Positions 50,868 to 62,910 of a DNA stretch of 64,000 nt are shown here, one piece after another. The translations under genes and the position numbers were made by a program. Source of the DNA: Octopus sinensis (taxonomy: Eukaryota); NCBI RefSeq assembly GCF_006345805.1, contig NC_042998.1:48174001-48238000 (forward strand), given 5' to 3'. The notes beneath the pieces are model-generated. The model did no database searches, was not told where the DNA came from, and saw nothing but the letters and a program-made list of their open reading frames with translations. Every line of letters begins with the position of its first letter. The stretch's first letter is position 1.

Positions 50868-52146
50868 AATACAAAAATGGGACAAGAATGCAAAACATCC
50901 AGACAGGTACGTGAAACAAAAAAGGGGGAAAACAAAATATCCAGACAGACGTTACAAGGACGGATCATTCAGAGTTTTCTATCCTCAGTTGAGTTCCAGA
51001 TTATCTTTGCAATTTCGACTGGTTATACTTGAGATTGCTCCAATCTGGCCAGCCCCAAGGAAAAATAAGCTAAGAACATTACATTCCTTGGAAGAAAGCA
51101 GCGAATGTATAAGAAAACAAAGACGGAAAAAAACAGAAATGTCACACAAATGCAAATAACAGGACATAACAACAGGTGTCTTTCGACTAAGGATGAATTA
51201 AATTAAGCTGGTGTGTGTGGAAGTAAAGCCTTACGGCAGGGATACAAGATTTCACAGGCACAGGGAGGAATATAGATGTTGCATGGACAGTAGTCCAACA
51301 AAGAAAGAAAGGTCAGGCCTGAAGAGTGGAATGAACGAAGTGTGAAAGGGCTGAAAGAAAGAAGGAAAGAATGAAAGAATACAAAAACAATAGAGTCGTA
51401 CAAAATTTAGACATATATACTTACATATAAGAGACCAAAGTGTACGTACGCTGCTATATTTTACATATAAAAAATACTGTTCATTCAACTCTTCGTTCTT
51501 TCATTCCCCTTCTCTCACATTTCCTGGCCTTATCTTCACGCTCACTTTCCCTCTTTCATTTTTCCCTTGCCACCTCCTTAATTCTTCTATCCCTCCGCCT
51601 CTACCTCTCTCTCTTCTCTCCCCACGTGGCCAGTGTTCAGCCAGGCCTGACCTTTCTTTCTTTGTTGGACTACTGTCCATGCAACAGCTATATTCCTCCC
51701 TGTGCCTGTGAAATCTTGTATCCCTGCCATAAGGCTTTACTTCCACACACGCCAGCTTAATTTAATTCGTCCTTAGTCGAAAGACACCTGTTGTTATGTC
51801 CTGTTATTTATATTTGTGTAACATTTCTGTTTTTTTCCATCCTTGTTTTCTTATACATTCACTGCTTTCTTCCAAGGAACGTAATGCTCTTAGCTTATTT
51901 TTCCTTGGGGCTGGCTAGATTGGAGTAATCTCGAGTATAACCAGCCGAAATTGCAAAGATAATCTGGAACTCGACTGAGGATAGAAAATTCCGAATGATC
52001 CGTCCTTGTTTTCCTTGTAACGTCTGTCTGGATATTTTGTTTTCCCCTTTTTTTGTTTCACCTAACTGTCTGGATGTTTTGCATTCTTGTCCCATTTTTG
52101 TATTTTTTATATATAAAATATAGCGACGTACATACACTTTGGTCTC
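50868..52146. repeat. Large inverted repeat (arms 50868-51321 and 51642-52104) of an unclassified, possibly Penelope-like element
   Basis: The arms are reverse complements at high identity; an extra 47-bp module at 51431-51477 is the inverse of 52100-52146. Confidence 0.9.
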
Positions 52147-52682
52147 TCTCTCTCTCTCTCTCATATACATATATATATATGAGCAAAACTGGATGTGCTC
52201 GGGAATACACACACACACATACACATATGATGGGCTTCTTTCAGTTTCCATCAATGAAATACACTCACAAGGCTTTAGTCAGTCTGGTGCAATAGTAGAA
52301 GACACTTGCCCATAGTGTCATGCAATGGGATTGAACCCAAGCCCACAGGGTTGGAAAGCAAGCTTCTTAAAGACAAAGCCATGCCTATTTGCAAATGGAA
52401 TTTAGGAAATCAAAAGACCGAAGGATGTAAACATCAACCAAAAACTGATAATCACCAAATGAAGTACCTTTGCAAAAACAAAGTCTGCTACAGTGTTACA
52501 GACATTCCCTAATGATTTCTGCTACAAAAATGTTGTGAACTCATAACTGGCCCTTTGGAAATCTGTAAACAACAATGTTATTGCTCACCAACTGAGATAT
52601 ACAAAAGATGAGGATGATAGTGACTTTGAAGTTTCAACCAGCATGCCTTTGTCAAACTGTTATATTGTTTTAATTATAACTT

Positions 52683-53460
52683 TGGGTTCAGTCCCATTGC
52701 GTGGCACCTTGAGTAAGTGTCTTCTACAATAGCCTTGGGCTGACCAAAGCCTTGTGAGTGGATCTGGTAAACAGAATCTGAAAGAAGCCCACTGTAAATA
52801 TGTGTGCGTGTGTGTGTGTGTATCTATGTGAGTGTCTGTGTGGCTGTGTTTGTACCCCCATACCATTTGACAATCGGTGTTGGTGTGTTTACATCCCTGT
52901 AACTTAACAGTTTGGCAAAAGAGAATGATTGAGTAAGTACTAGGCTTAAAAAATAAGTCCTGGGGTCAATTTGTTCGACTAAAACCCTTTGAGGTGGTGC
53001 TCCAGTATGGCCGCAGTCAACTGACTGAAACAAGTAAGAGAATGAAAGAATAAAAACAAACATTGGTGACTGTACTGTAAGAAGCTTACTTTCCAACCAT
53101 AAGGTTCCGGGTTCAGTCACACAGCATGGCACCCTGGGCAAGTGTCTTCTACTATAACCTTGGGCCAACCAAAGCTTTGTGAGTGGATTTGGTAGATGGA
53201 AACTGAAAGAAGGCCACCATTTAATATATATGTGTGTGTGTCTTTGTGTCTGTGTTTATCCCCCACTACCACTTGTTAACTGGTGTTGGTGTGTTTATGT
53301 CCCTGTAAGCTAGCAGTTTAGCAAAAGTGACTGATATAATAAGTTCCAGGGTCAACAAACATGTAAGTACTGGGGGTCAATTCATTCAACTAAAAATTCT
53401 TCTAAGCGGTGCCCCAGCATGGTCACAGTCTAATGACTGAAACAAGTAAAAGATAAAACA
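52683..53460 (-). mobile_element. Two tandem family-A SINEs
   Basis: Copies at about 52683-53045 and 53060-53460, with related A-family sequence in both. Confidence 0.7.
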
Positions 53461-53710
53461 TAAAGGATGTGAATTTGTAAATGTGTGTCTAAATGCAAGA
53501 GAGACTGCCAGAATGGAATGGTGAAAGAATATTTTCAAAACAAAAGAAATAAAAAATGGTATAACCCATACAGCTATATAATAACAAAAACCAACATATA
53601 AGGCAAAACTAGCTTTTTGGACCAATAAAAATATTAATTAGCCCCCAACATTTCAGAATTAACTGGTAACCTTTTATCTTAAACAGAAAGTCAGACTCCT
53701 AGCAACATAC

Positions 53711-53813
53711 CTTTACTTTGAATTTTCTTCTCTGGCTCTTCAACTATTTCTCCATCTTTCCATAATTTTGAGGTATTGTCAAGTGCTAAGGCAATGCTAG
53801 TTGGACTGTTACC
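53711..53813 (-). CDS. SLC39A11: ZIP11 internal coding exon (GNSPTSIALALDNTSKLWKDGEIVEEPEKKIQSK), 103 nt, phase 0/1
   Basis: ttcttatttgcag|GGTAAC...AGTAAAG|gtatgt; open frame, phases fit both neighbours; resembles the recalled GAAEDPQTALAL at the start of the variable loop. Confidence 0.88.
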
Positions 53814-54555
53814 CTGCAAATAAGAAAGTTACAAACTAGAATAAATACACACACACATACCTACATATATATCATCATCATCATCGTTCAACGTCCGTTT
53901 TCCATGCAAGCATGGGTTGGATGGTTCGACTGGGGTCTGGGAAGCCAGAAGGCTGCACCAGGCTCCAGTTTGATCTGGCAGTGTTTCTACTGCTGGATGC
54001 CCTTCCTAATACCAATCACTCCATGAGTGTAGTGGGTGCTTTTTACGTGCCACCGGCACAGGTGCCAGGTGAGGCTGGCAACGGTACTTTTTATGTGCCA
54101 CCGGCACGGAAGCCAGTCAAGGCAGCGCTGGCATCAGCCACATTCAGATGGTGCTTTTTACGTGCCACCGGCACAGGGATCACAACTACAATTTCCATTA
54201 ATTTTTGATGTCGATGTACTTGACTCAATAGGTCTCCTCAAGCACAGGGTCGAAACGGTGTGTGTGTATATATATATATAAAACTATCATCATTACCATG
54301 AAGAGTAAAGTTGACCTTCAAATTCTGCTGAGGTCGACCTTACCATTCTTCCTTTTTGGGGTCGATAACGTAAGTACCAATTGAGCACTGGGGTCAATGT
54401 AGTTGACTTACCCTGCACCTGGGATCATTGGCCTTGTGCCAAAATTTGAAACAATTATTGTGATTTTTCTGTCCTTTTTTTCTATGTCGACATAGGTTTG
54501 ATGGATTTCACAGCATATTGCTACAGGTCAGTTAGATATGTGTGTATATGTAATG

Positions 54556-54840
54556 TGGAGGCGCAATGGCCCAGTGGTTAGGGCAGCGGACTCGCAGTCG
54601 TAGGATCGCGGTTTCGATTCCCAGACCGAGCGTTGTGAGTGTTTATTGAGCGAAAACACCTAAAAGCTCCACGATGCTCCGGCAGGGTGTGGTGATCCCT
54701 GCTGTACTCTTTCACCACTCTTTCTTCTGTTGGCCTGCTCGCTTAGCCAGCAGGGTGGCGTCATTCGAAGGCTAAAACAATGCGAACGCATTGTGACTAG
54801 CGATGTGTAACAACATCTGATGGTCTGGTCGGTCATGTGA
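54556..54840 (+). mobile_element. SINE with family-C head and alternative tail 2
   Basis: Head identical to family C; tail GGCCTGCTCGCTTAGCCAGC...CAACATCTGA; an inverted homolog lies at 56590-56880. Confidence 0.85.
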
Positions 54841-55117
54841 TCACGTGATATATAATGTACTGTTCCATGGTAGAAAATTCAACAAAAAAAAGTACTCCAT
54901 CTGGTGAGAGATAAATATTATTTATTCAAAGGACACAACACATGTCTTTAAGAGGTACTAATAATTTCACAATTTTTTAATAGTTTCATAGTTTTTGAAT
55001 AAATTTTTTAGTTCATTGTATGTGGTTTGTACCTCAAGAATATGTTTGAGATATTTCTCAACAAATGCACCTATTAGTATCACTTAAAGGCATGTTGTCG
55101 TTAAATAAATAATATAT

Positions 55118-55541
55118 ATTTTTATCTCATTATCTTTCGTACCTCATTCGTGCTCATTCGTTACTTCTCATTCGTGCTCATTCGTTACTATTGTTAAATG
55201 TCTGTACTCATACAGTAACTTGCTTCCTATCTTTCTCTACGAAATTTAACCCTTTAATGTTCAATCCTTAATTTCTTCTTCTTCTTCTTCTTCTTGAAAA
55301 TCGCCATTACAATTCCTAATTTTAAACTTCCTTTCTTCTCCAACAACAACTTCCGGCATTCATGTTCACAGCAAGTTACAAAAACATTTTTATCTCATTA
55401 TCTTTCGTACCTCATTCGTGCTCATTCGTTACTTCTCATTCGTGCTCATTCGTTACTATTGTTAAATGTCTGTACTCATACAGTAACTTGCTTCCTATCT
55501 TTCTCTACGAAATTTAACCCTTTAATGTTCAATCCTTAATT
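55118..55541 (+). repeat. Perfect 156-bp direct duplication (55118-55273 and 55386-55541)
   Basis: Copies look identical by eye; each has an internal CTCATTCGTGCTCATTCGTTACT repeat. Confidence 0.9.
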
Positions 55542-56039
55542 CCATCTTTCCGCCATTCGGTGGTGCCCCCTTCCTCCCACCCCCACCACCAATACCGGTG
55601 AACACTGTTCTCACCATCTACACCGGATATGCCCTCCTCCCTCCTCCTCCCCCACCACCATTGCGTGTGTCTCTCCCTCCTACCCCTCCTTCTCACATGC
55701 TTTCACTGTGTACTACCCCTTCCCCCCACCAAGACAAGCTGCTAGCACCGCAGCTCATTAACTGCCCCACTGATCTTACGTTACCTCCTGTTTAGAATCT
55801 GTCACTGCCTCAATCCGACTATCTCCTTCCAGTCCCCTCCCCGTCTCGTGATATCCTACGTTTTTATTTCTTCTGCACCAACCCTTCCTTGTCATCGTTC
55901 CTCCTTACCCAACCTTCCCCACTGGTGCTTCCCTATATTACCTGCACCCCCCCCACTATCTCTCCCTCTCTTTCCACTGGTGGAACCTTTCTCAGCTAGA
56001 CCCCCCCCCCAACTCAACTCTAGAAAAGCTTGAACCGAT

Positions 56040-56262
56040 CGTGACCGATGCCGGACCCCCCGGCCCCTGTGCAGGTGGCACGTAAAAAGAACCCACTCCA
56101 CTCGCGGAGTGGTTGGCGTTAGGAAGGGCATCCAGCCGTAGAAACTCTGCCAGATCAGACTGGAGCCTGGAGCGGCCTCTGGCTTCCCAGACCCCGGTCA
56201 AACCGTCCAACCCGTGCTAGCGCGGAAAACGGACGTTAAACGATGATGATGATGATGATGAT
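56040..56262 (+). mobile_element. Young RTE LINE 3' end with (GAT)n tail
   Basis: CpG-rich copy of the shared RTE 3'UTR. Confidence 0.8.
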
Positions 56263-56274
56263 TACAATAAGAGA

Positions 56275-56490
56275 GAAGGCACATGGGTCAGTGGCTAGAG
56301 CGTCGAGCTTACAATCACGAGGTTGTGAGTTCGATTCCCAGACCGGGCTGCATGCTGTGTTCTTGAGCAAGACACTTTATTTCACATTGCTCCAGTTAAC
56401 TCAGCTGTAGAAATTAGTTGCGACATCACTGGTGCCAAGCTGTATCGGCCTTTGCCTTTCCCTTGGATAACATCAGTGGTGTGGAGAGGG
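56275..56490 (+). mobile_element. SINE family E
   Basis: tRNA-like head, then TTGTGTTCTTGAGCAAGACACT...CTCAGCTGTAGAAA; tail shared with 2430-2738. Confidence 0.75.
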
Positions 56491-56536
56491 GAGGATTTTG
56501 CTATCCCTTAATGAGGTTTGTAATTTTTATTTGAAC

Positions 56537-56570
<34 letters not shown>

Positions 56571-56589
56571 TTTTTTCTTTCTTTTTTCC

Positions 56590-56880
56590 GACCAGGCCAT
56601 CAGATGTTGTTACATATCGCTGGTCACAATGCGCTTCGCATTGTTTTAGCCTTCAAGTGACGCCACCCCGCTGGCTAAGCGAGCAGGCCAACAGAAGAAA
56701 GAGCGAGAGAAAGTTGTGGCGAAAGAGTACAGCAGGGATCGCCACCACCCCCTGCCGGAGTCTCGTGGAGCTTTAGGTGTTTTCGCTCAATAAACACTAA
56801 CAACGCCCGGTCTGGGAATCAAAACTGATATCCTACGACCACGAGTCCGCTGCCCTAACCACTAGGCCATTGCGCCTCCA
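56590..56880 (-). mobile_element. SINE with family-C head and alternative tail 2
   Basis: Reverse complement of 54556-54840. Confidence 0.85.
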
Positions 56881-57101
56881 CTTTTAAAAAGGAGGGAGAG
56901 AAAGGAGGGAGGAAAGATAGTGAGTGAGACACATGCACAGATGTGTGTGTGTGCATGTGTGTATCACTATATGTTCTCTTTTCCTCCCACGCTCTTGCAA
57001 CCTTGCATTAACTTACATTAACTACAAAAAACTTGAATGACGCATTTCAATGAAAACTAATTTCAAATCACATAAAAATGAAAAAAAAAACTTTTCCTTA
57101 C

Positions 57102-57269
57102 CGTATTAGTAATTAAAACATCAGCTAGACAAACAAATAATGAGCCTAAGACAAAACCAATTGTCACAGGTATAAAAGCATACTGTCCATCTTTTCCATA
57201 AACACCGGATACCCGGGCAGTTTCCACAGCTGGGTCTAACAGTGACCAATAGGATGCAGCAGTCATTAC
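57102..57269 (-). CDS. SLC39A11: ZIP11 internal coding exon (VMTAASYWSLLDPAVE...LADVLITNT), 168 nt, phase 0/0
   Basis: tttttaag|GTAATGACT...AATACG|gtaagg; lies inside ORF 57063..57284; the AASYWSLL motif is typical of ZIP11. Confidence 0.96.
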
Positions 57270-57427
57270 CTTAAAAATATGCAAAAAAAGAGAAAAAAAT
57301 ATTTGAAACTTGATGTTGCAGCTGGCAAGAATGAATTTCTCAACTCATATTTAGAAATATGCAGAAGCATTTATGGTGATGAGTTAGCAGAATCGTTAGC
57401 ATGCTAGGTTTTAGCTTTATCTTTACA

Positions 57428-57878
57428 CTAGCAGTATAGTCCGGCGTTGCTCGGGTTTGTTTTTTAGTTGTACTTAAAACGGTAGACCTTGATGTCGCGT
57501 TGACAAAGTTTTGACATGGTTTCAATCTTCTTTGAAAAGAAAAAATTTTGCATTATGTAACTTGTTATTCTCTTTAAGTGAACATTTTTATGGTTGAAAT
57601 ACACCAAAAAATGGCAACACAGCAGTAAAAAAAAATCATAAAAAATAGGGATTTTCATAGAAAGAAAGCATCTTTTTTATGTAAATAATTTTTGGTCTTA
57701 ACATGGTCTGATTTAAATTTTTTCTTCTACAGAATGAAGAGCAAGCCTTCATCTATCATACTCTCAATTTTGCTCAACTTGCACCGCAGGGTCTCGGAGG
57801 AGATAGTGTTAGTTGAGGGCTACCAAACCTGCCACACACATACACATACACAGACAACTTCAGCTTTATATGTATAGA
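57428..57878 (-). mobile_element. Non-autonomous Helitron
   Basis: On the minus strand it begins A|TC(tatacatataaagc) and ends CCCGAGCAACGCCGGACTATACTGCTAG|T. Confidence 0.8.
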
Positions 57879-57889
57879 TTCTGAGAGTG

Positions 57890-58195
57890 AAGGCTCGTGG
57901 CTTAGTGGTTAGAGTATTTGGCTCATGATTGTAATGTCATGAGTTCAATTCCTGGTGGTGCATTGTGTCCTTGAGTAAGACACTTTATTTCAGATTGTTT
58001 AAGTCCACTCTGCTGCCTAAAATAGGTCATACTTGTATTTCAAAAGGCCAGTCTTGTCACACACTGTGTCATGCTGAATCTCCCTGAGAACTACATTAAG
58101 GGTACACATGTCTGTGGAGTGCTCAACCACATGCACATTCATTTCATGATTGGATCAACTAGAACTCTCGTCATCACAACCAATGGTGTAGCATT
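57890..58195 (+). mobile_element. SINE with E-type head and family-C tail 1
   Basis: Head GGCTCGTGGCTTAGTGGTTAGAG; tail CTGAATCTCCCTGAGAACTACATTAAGGGTACACATGTCTGTGGAGTGC as in 25384-25762. Confidence 0.7.
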
Positions 58196-60041
58196 CTGAT
58201 TTCTCTCTCTAAAGTAATGCTTATTTATTTACATTTTTAAAAAATTAATCATGCATTATCTCATAGCTTTGAGATTTCAATGATGTGAAGCTTTGTGATT
58301 GAATTCGGCAGGCGGAAGTTACTGCCGTGTGTGTACATGTACGTGTAGGTGCTTGTGCCTCTCCCAAAGAGAGAGAGAGGGGATTGTTTATTTTTAGAAT
58401 GACATTGTAGGGTAGTTGTGAGAGGTTGGGTTTGGCCAGTTTGAACATAAAAACAAGTAGAATATTTAGGCCAGTTTAAATACTATAGGATTAAAGAAAC
58501 AAATTATAATTTTATAAATAAGATACTATTTTTAAATACATTGAAGTTTCAGACAAACGATAAACACTAAATCTGTAAATTCTCATTTTCACTCTGATTT
58601 CTTATCATACTCAGACGAATCTTTTTTTTTTTTTTATGCATTATTTCTATTACAAATAGGCCAGTGAGCTGACAGAATCGTTGGCACACCAGACAAAATG
58701 CTTAGCGGCGTTTCGTCTGTCCTTACATTCTGAGTTCAAATTCTGCCGAGGTTGACTTTACCTTTCATCCTTCCAGGGTATGATGCTATTGATTTAACCA
58801 TTCCTTTAAAATTGGTGGCCTTGTGCCAAAATTTGAAATTATAAATAGCAAAGGGAAGCGATTAAATCTAAGAGCATAAAGTGATTGTCAGAGTCCTAAT
58901 ATTGGTTTGAAGTTCTGGTACGAGGCCAGCAATTACGGGGGGGGGGATGGTAAGTCGATAATATCGAGCCTAGTGCTCAACTGTATTTGTTTTATCAACT
59001 ATGAATCAATAAAAGGCAAATATCTGAATTTGAACTCAGAACATAAAGACAGACAAAATGCTGCTAAGCATTTTGACCTGTGTGGTAAAGATTCTGCCAG
59101 CTTGCCGCCGTGTCAAAGTCCTAAAGAAAAAAGAAAATGATTTAAAAACGAAAATTTTAAGTTTGATCACTTCAAATATTTTTCTAAGTTGCCAGGACAT
59201 ACTTCCCCACCGTGTATCCTAAAACTTTGACAGTAAGAGTTACCTCCCAATTAAAAAAGAATAGTCCCCTTACAGCCCCAAGCTTCCTTTTTACAAGTTT
59301 TATCATAACGTTGTAATGATACAAAGCTTGGCTTGTTGTAAAGAGAAACCAGAGAATAATGATTACTAACCTGGTGTTTGTGGGGATGATCCAAAAACAA
59401 CTTGCTAGCGACTATGAGTATCTTTAATTATCTTGTCAGAGATCAAAATATAGGCTCAACAAATAAAGATCAGTATCTATATTTAATAGATCATTCTCTC
59501 GGAGTATCATTTAATCAGTAACAAGACGAGAATAAATAGTTCCATGCTTATATCTAATCATCTTCTTTGGGGTATGAGTCGTTTTGGCACAGCCGTTTTG
59601 GCGCCACTGCGTCAACAATGACATTTGATATCAGACCTATTAACTTTCTCTCTATATTTCTACATATGTTGTCTCTTTGCCAATACACTGTTGCCAATAC
59701 AGATCGCAGAGAGTGAAGGGCTTAATTAGGTATGAGGGATGAAAGGTAAAGTATTTGTACCTAAAATGTAAAGATTTGGGTACAATTACCACAAAGTGTT
59801 TTATGACGCTCTAAGGATTTTTCTAATCAACCACCTTATAAAATATTTGATAATAGAAAAGACAAATGCTTTCCTAATTGCTGAAGCAATTTCCTTTTGT
59901 AAATGAATACCCTTATTTATACAGGTCCACCAACCATCAATTGCAATTTTCAGATCACATCAAATGAAAGTGATTTATAATCCACAAGAATTTGTCATTA
60001 TGATAAATCAGAGAGAAATCAGCATGGATATGTAGCATACG

Positions 60042-60438
60042 TAGGCATAGGAGTGGCTGTGTGGTAAGTAGCTTGCTTACCAACCACATGGTTCTGGGTT
60101 CAATCCCACTGCATGGCACCTTGGGCAAGTGTCTTCTACTATAGCCTTGGGCCTACCAAAGCCTTGTGAGTGGATTTGGTAGCCGGAAACTGAAAGAAGC
60201 CCATCATATATATGCATATATATATATGTATGCATGTGTGTGTATATGTTTGTGTGTCTGTGTTTGTCCCCCCCAACATCGCTTGACAACCGATTTTGGT
60301 GTGTTTACGTCCCTGTAACTTAGCGGTTCGGCAAAGGAGACGACAGAATCAGTACTAGGCCTACAATTACGATTTTCTCGACTAAAGGCGGTGCTCCAGC
60401 ATGGCCACAGTCAAATGACTGAAACAAGTAAAAGAGTA
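60042..60438 (+). mobile_element. SINE family A
   Basis: Full head, microsatellite middle and tail. Confidence 0.85.
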
Positions 60439-61710
60439 TACCTTCAAAAGCTATCAACTGCAATCAAACTTGGCTGCAGCTGAGTATCAAGAGTTGGATC
60501 AGACACAGTTAACATACTAAGTTATGTACTAAGATATATGAATCACAGCAGTTGACACTGCTGTAAAGACTCAAGTCCAGTTCATACTTTTTGTGCCAAC
60601 TTAAATATTCAGTAGAGATAAATAATTTTCCACTGGCCAGACGAGTTTCTAGATTTTGCAGTATTTATGAGATATGCATGAAATATCTTCACATATGATA
60701 AATTTACAAATCTTAGACATCACATAAGAAGACAAGGTCACCAATTCTAAGGTCCTTGGCAGATGTAGATCTCAAATTATATTGACTCAGTGAGTATTGT
60801 TTGTAATAGCTTAGTTATGTGCATCTCATGGTCAGATGTCACATTCCTAAGGATTTTAATATCGTTGCTATTATGCAAAAGTGTTGTAAGTTCAAAACGT
60901 TTTTTTCAGAAAATGAAAAAATAGTTTCACCATTCCATAGCAAAACCATTGTATTTACACTTTCACAATTTTTGATATCTTGGCATCTGAAGCAGCTGGT
61001 TATATGATAGTTTGACCAAAAGAACCAGCTATTGCAAGCAAAAATGAATATTGAAAAAAAAACACATTTGACCAAAATTGGACATACAATAGTTTAACAT
61101 AATAGCAATGATATGTAGTCACCCTAATTGTATATTACATCTAACAGGCCATCTCGACCTTAGATGTATGTATGCTAAACAGGCCTTTATTTTGTACACA
61201 TTGAAATAGAAATGGGAAGACATAACCTCAAAACATTTATCCTAGAAACATGATACGAAGATAAAGTTGTAAAAATAGGAAGATAATTGAAATCAACTTC
61301 AGGCATTAAAATGACAAAAAGCAGACTAGAGATCAACTCAATACGACAGTTTTCATCTGTGGTGACTGCTGTAACAACTGCTCCCATCAAACAGGCCAAC
61401 ATAATTATTTTTGATATGTCAGCACAATGGTGAGATAGGAGGAGAGAAGAAACGGAAAGAATTTTCTATTATCCATTAAGATGGACAAAGAATGACAATG
61501 ACCAGATATGCAAGAAATGTCCACTACAATAAAATGCCGTTGTTTCAGGATTTTACTTCACCCTTTTGTTACCATATATCTGTTGAAAGTATACTCTTTA
61601 TTTCAGTTAATTTTAGGAATAATGGAGAATATTTCTAATAACTGTGCTATTATTAAGCTGACCTTTGGAACATAAATTAGAATGAAATTTTTAAAAGAAA
61701 ATTTTAATTA

Positions 61711-62207
61711 CCGTAAATCTACGAGTATAGTCCGCTCTTGATTATAATACGGAGGGGATTTATAGGGAGCTGTACCTCTGAAAAACCTAAACCATACGTA
61801 TAATATGCACCCCTTCTCTAACTTGAGTCAAGGAGGTCTATATAACATCCTTGGTTTGTAAAACTGTATATGGTAATGTCCTTTACTATTATTGTATATA
61901 TAACATACTGTAAACGTGTAGCTTTTTTGTGCATTTTGTTTGCAGAAAATAAAGAAATAACAGTAATAACATTTAATAAATGTTGCTTATTGAAAGTTAT
62001 AGATGATTCTTTTATGACTTCATTGCTTTCAGGCTTAGCTTAAGGTATTTTCACGCCTGACATCACAAAATGCGTCAGAATAAACATAGAGATTCAGACA
62101 TGGCTTAGAAAATAATTTTCAATTTTAACCTCATATATAGTATGCACTAGGGATTTTGACCCTTAAATTTTTGGGGAAAAATGAGGATTATACCCGAAGA
62201 TTTATGG
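61711..62207. mobile_element. pogo/Tigger-like MITE
   Basis: TA flanks at 61709-10 and 62208-09; imperfect TIRs CCGTAAATCTACGAGTATA / TATACCCGAAGATTTATGG. Confidence 0.7.
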
Positions 62208-62839
62208 TAGATATCAGGAAATTTGTACTATAGAACTAAGGGCAGTCTTAAATAGATTGGAATCAAAATGGTTAAGTTCTGGTTAACAAAACTGCAAAGT
62301 AAACTGAAGCATGCAGAATTATTGTTTCCTACACCAAAATGAAATGAAATACCTGCTGTGGAATATGAATTACCAGCCTATGAACAAGTAGTGTAATACA
62401 TTATCTTCTGTGAACTTCCTTCTCATGGCAATGATTGAACATACTACCACCTGCTTTGTTCAACCTCTATCACCAACTCAGTTGTATCAACTCATTAGTT
62501 CAGGTAGTACATATTTTCAGGCTTACAAGTTGATATAATATATAGTGTAAACATTCAAACATTGTCATTATCTTCCCAAATCCTGTTCCTGCATTTCACA
62601 CGAAATTTTTCTCCAATCATCTTGGTGTATAAATCGACCTACTTATTTTTTGGCTATAAATTTTGGTCGGAAAAATTTGACTTGTATGCTAAAAAATATG
62701 GTACATATATATACTCTCTCTCTTCATTTTTTGTAAATCACTCATTCTCATTTAATTGTATATATTTTAATTGTTTGTTTTTTGTCTGTCCTCGTATCGT
62801 CCCCTCTTTTTCTCAACCTTATGGTGAATAAAAAAATTT

Positions 62840-62880
<41 letters not shown>

Positions 62881-62910
62881 TACACACAATATAAAAAAAG
62901 TATCTCTTAC

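Noticed and set aside
59120-59215. CACGGTGGGG on the minus strand, resembling a Transib/RSS-like TIR start
   Set aside because: I found no partner TIR, TSD or coding remnant.
59370-59450. Strong-looking minus-strand donor (CCAG|GTTAGT) in a ZIP11 intron
   Set aside because: All three frames after the nearest acceptor contain stops; at most a poison or non-coding exon, and unsupported without RNA data.
61187-61402. 71-aa hydrophobic ORF on the same strand as ZIP11
   Set aside because: It has no similarity to the ZIP11 N-terminus, lies between two confirmed exons and has no clear splice sites.
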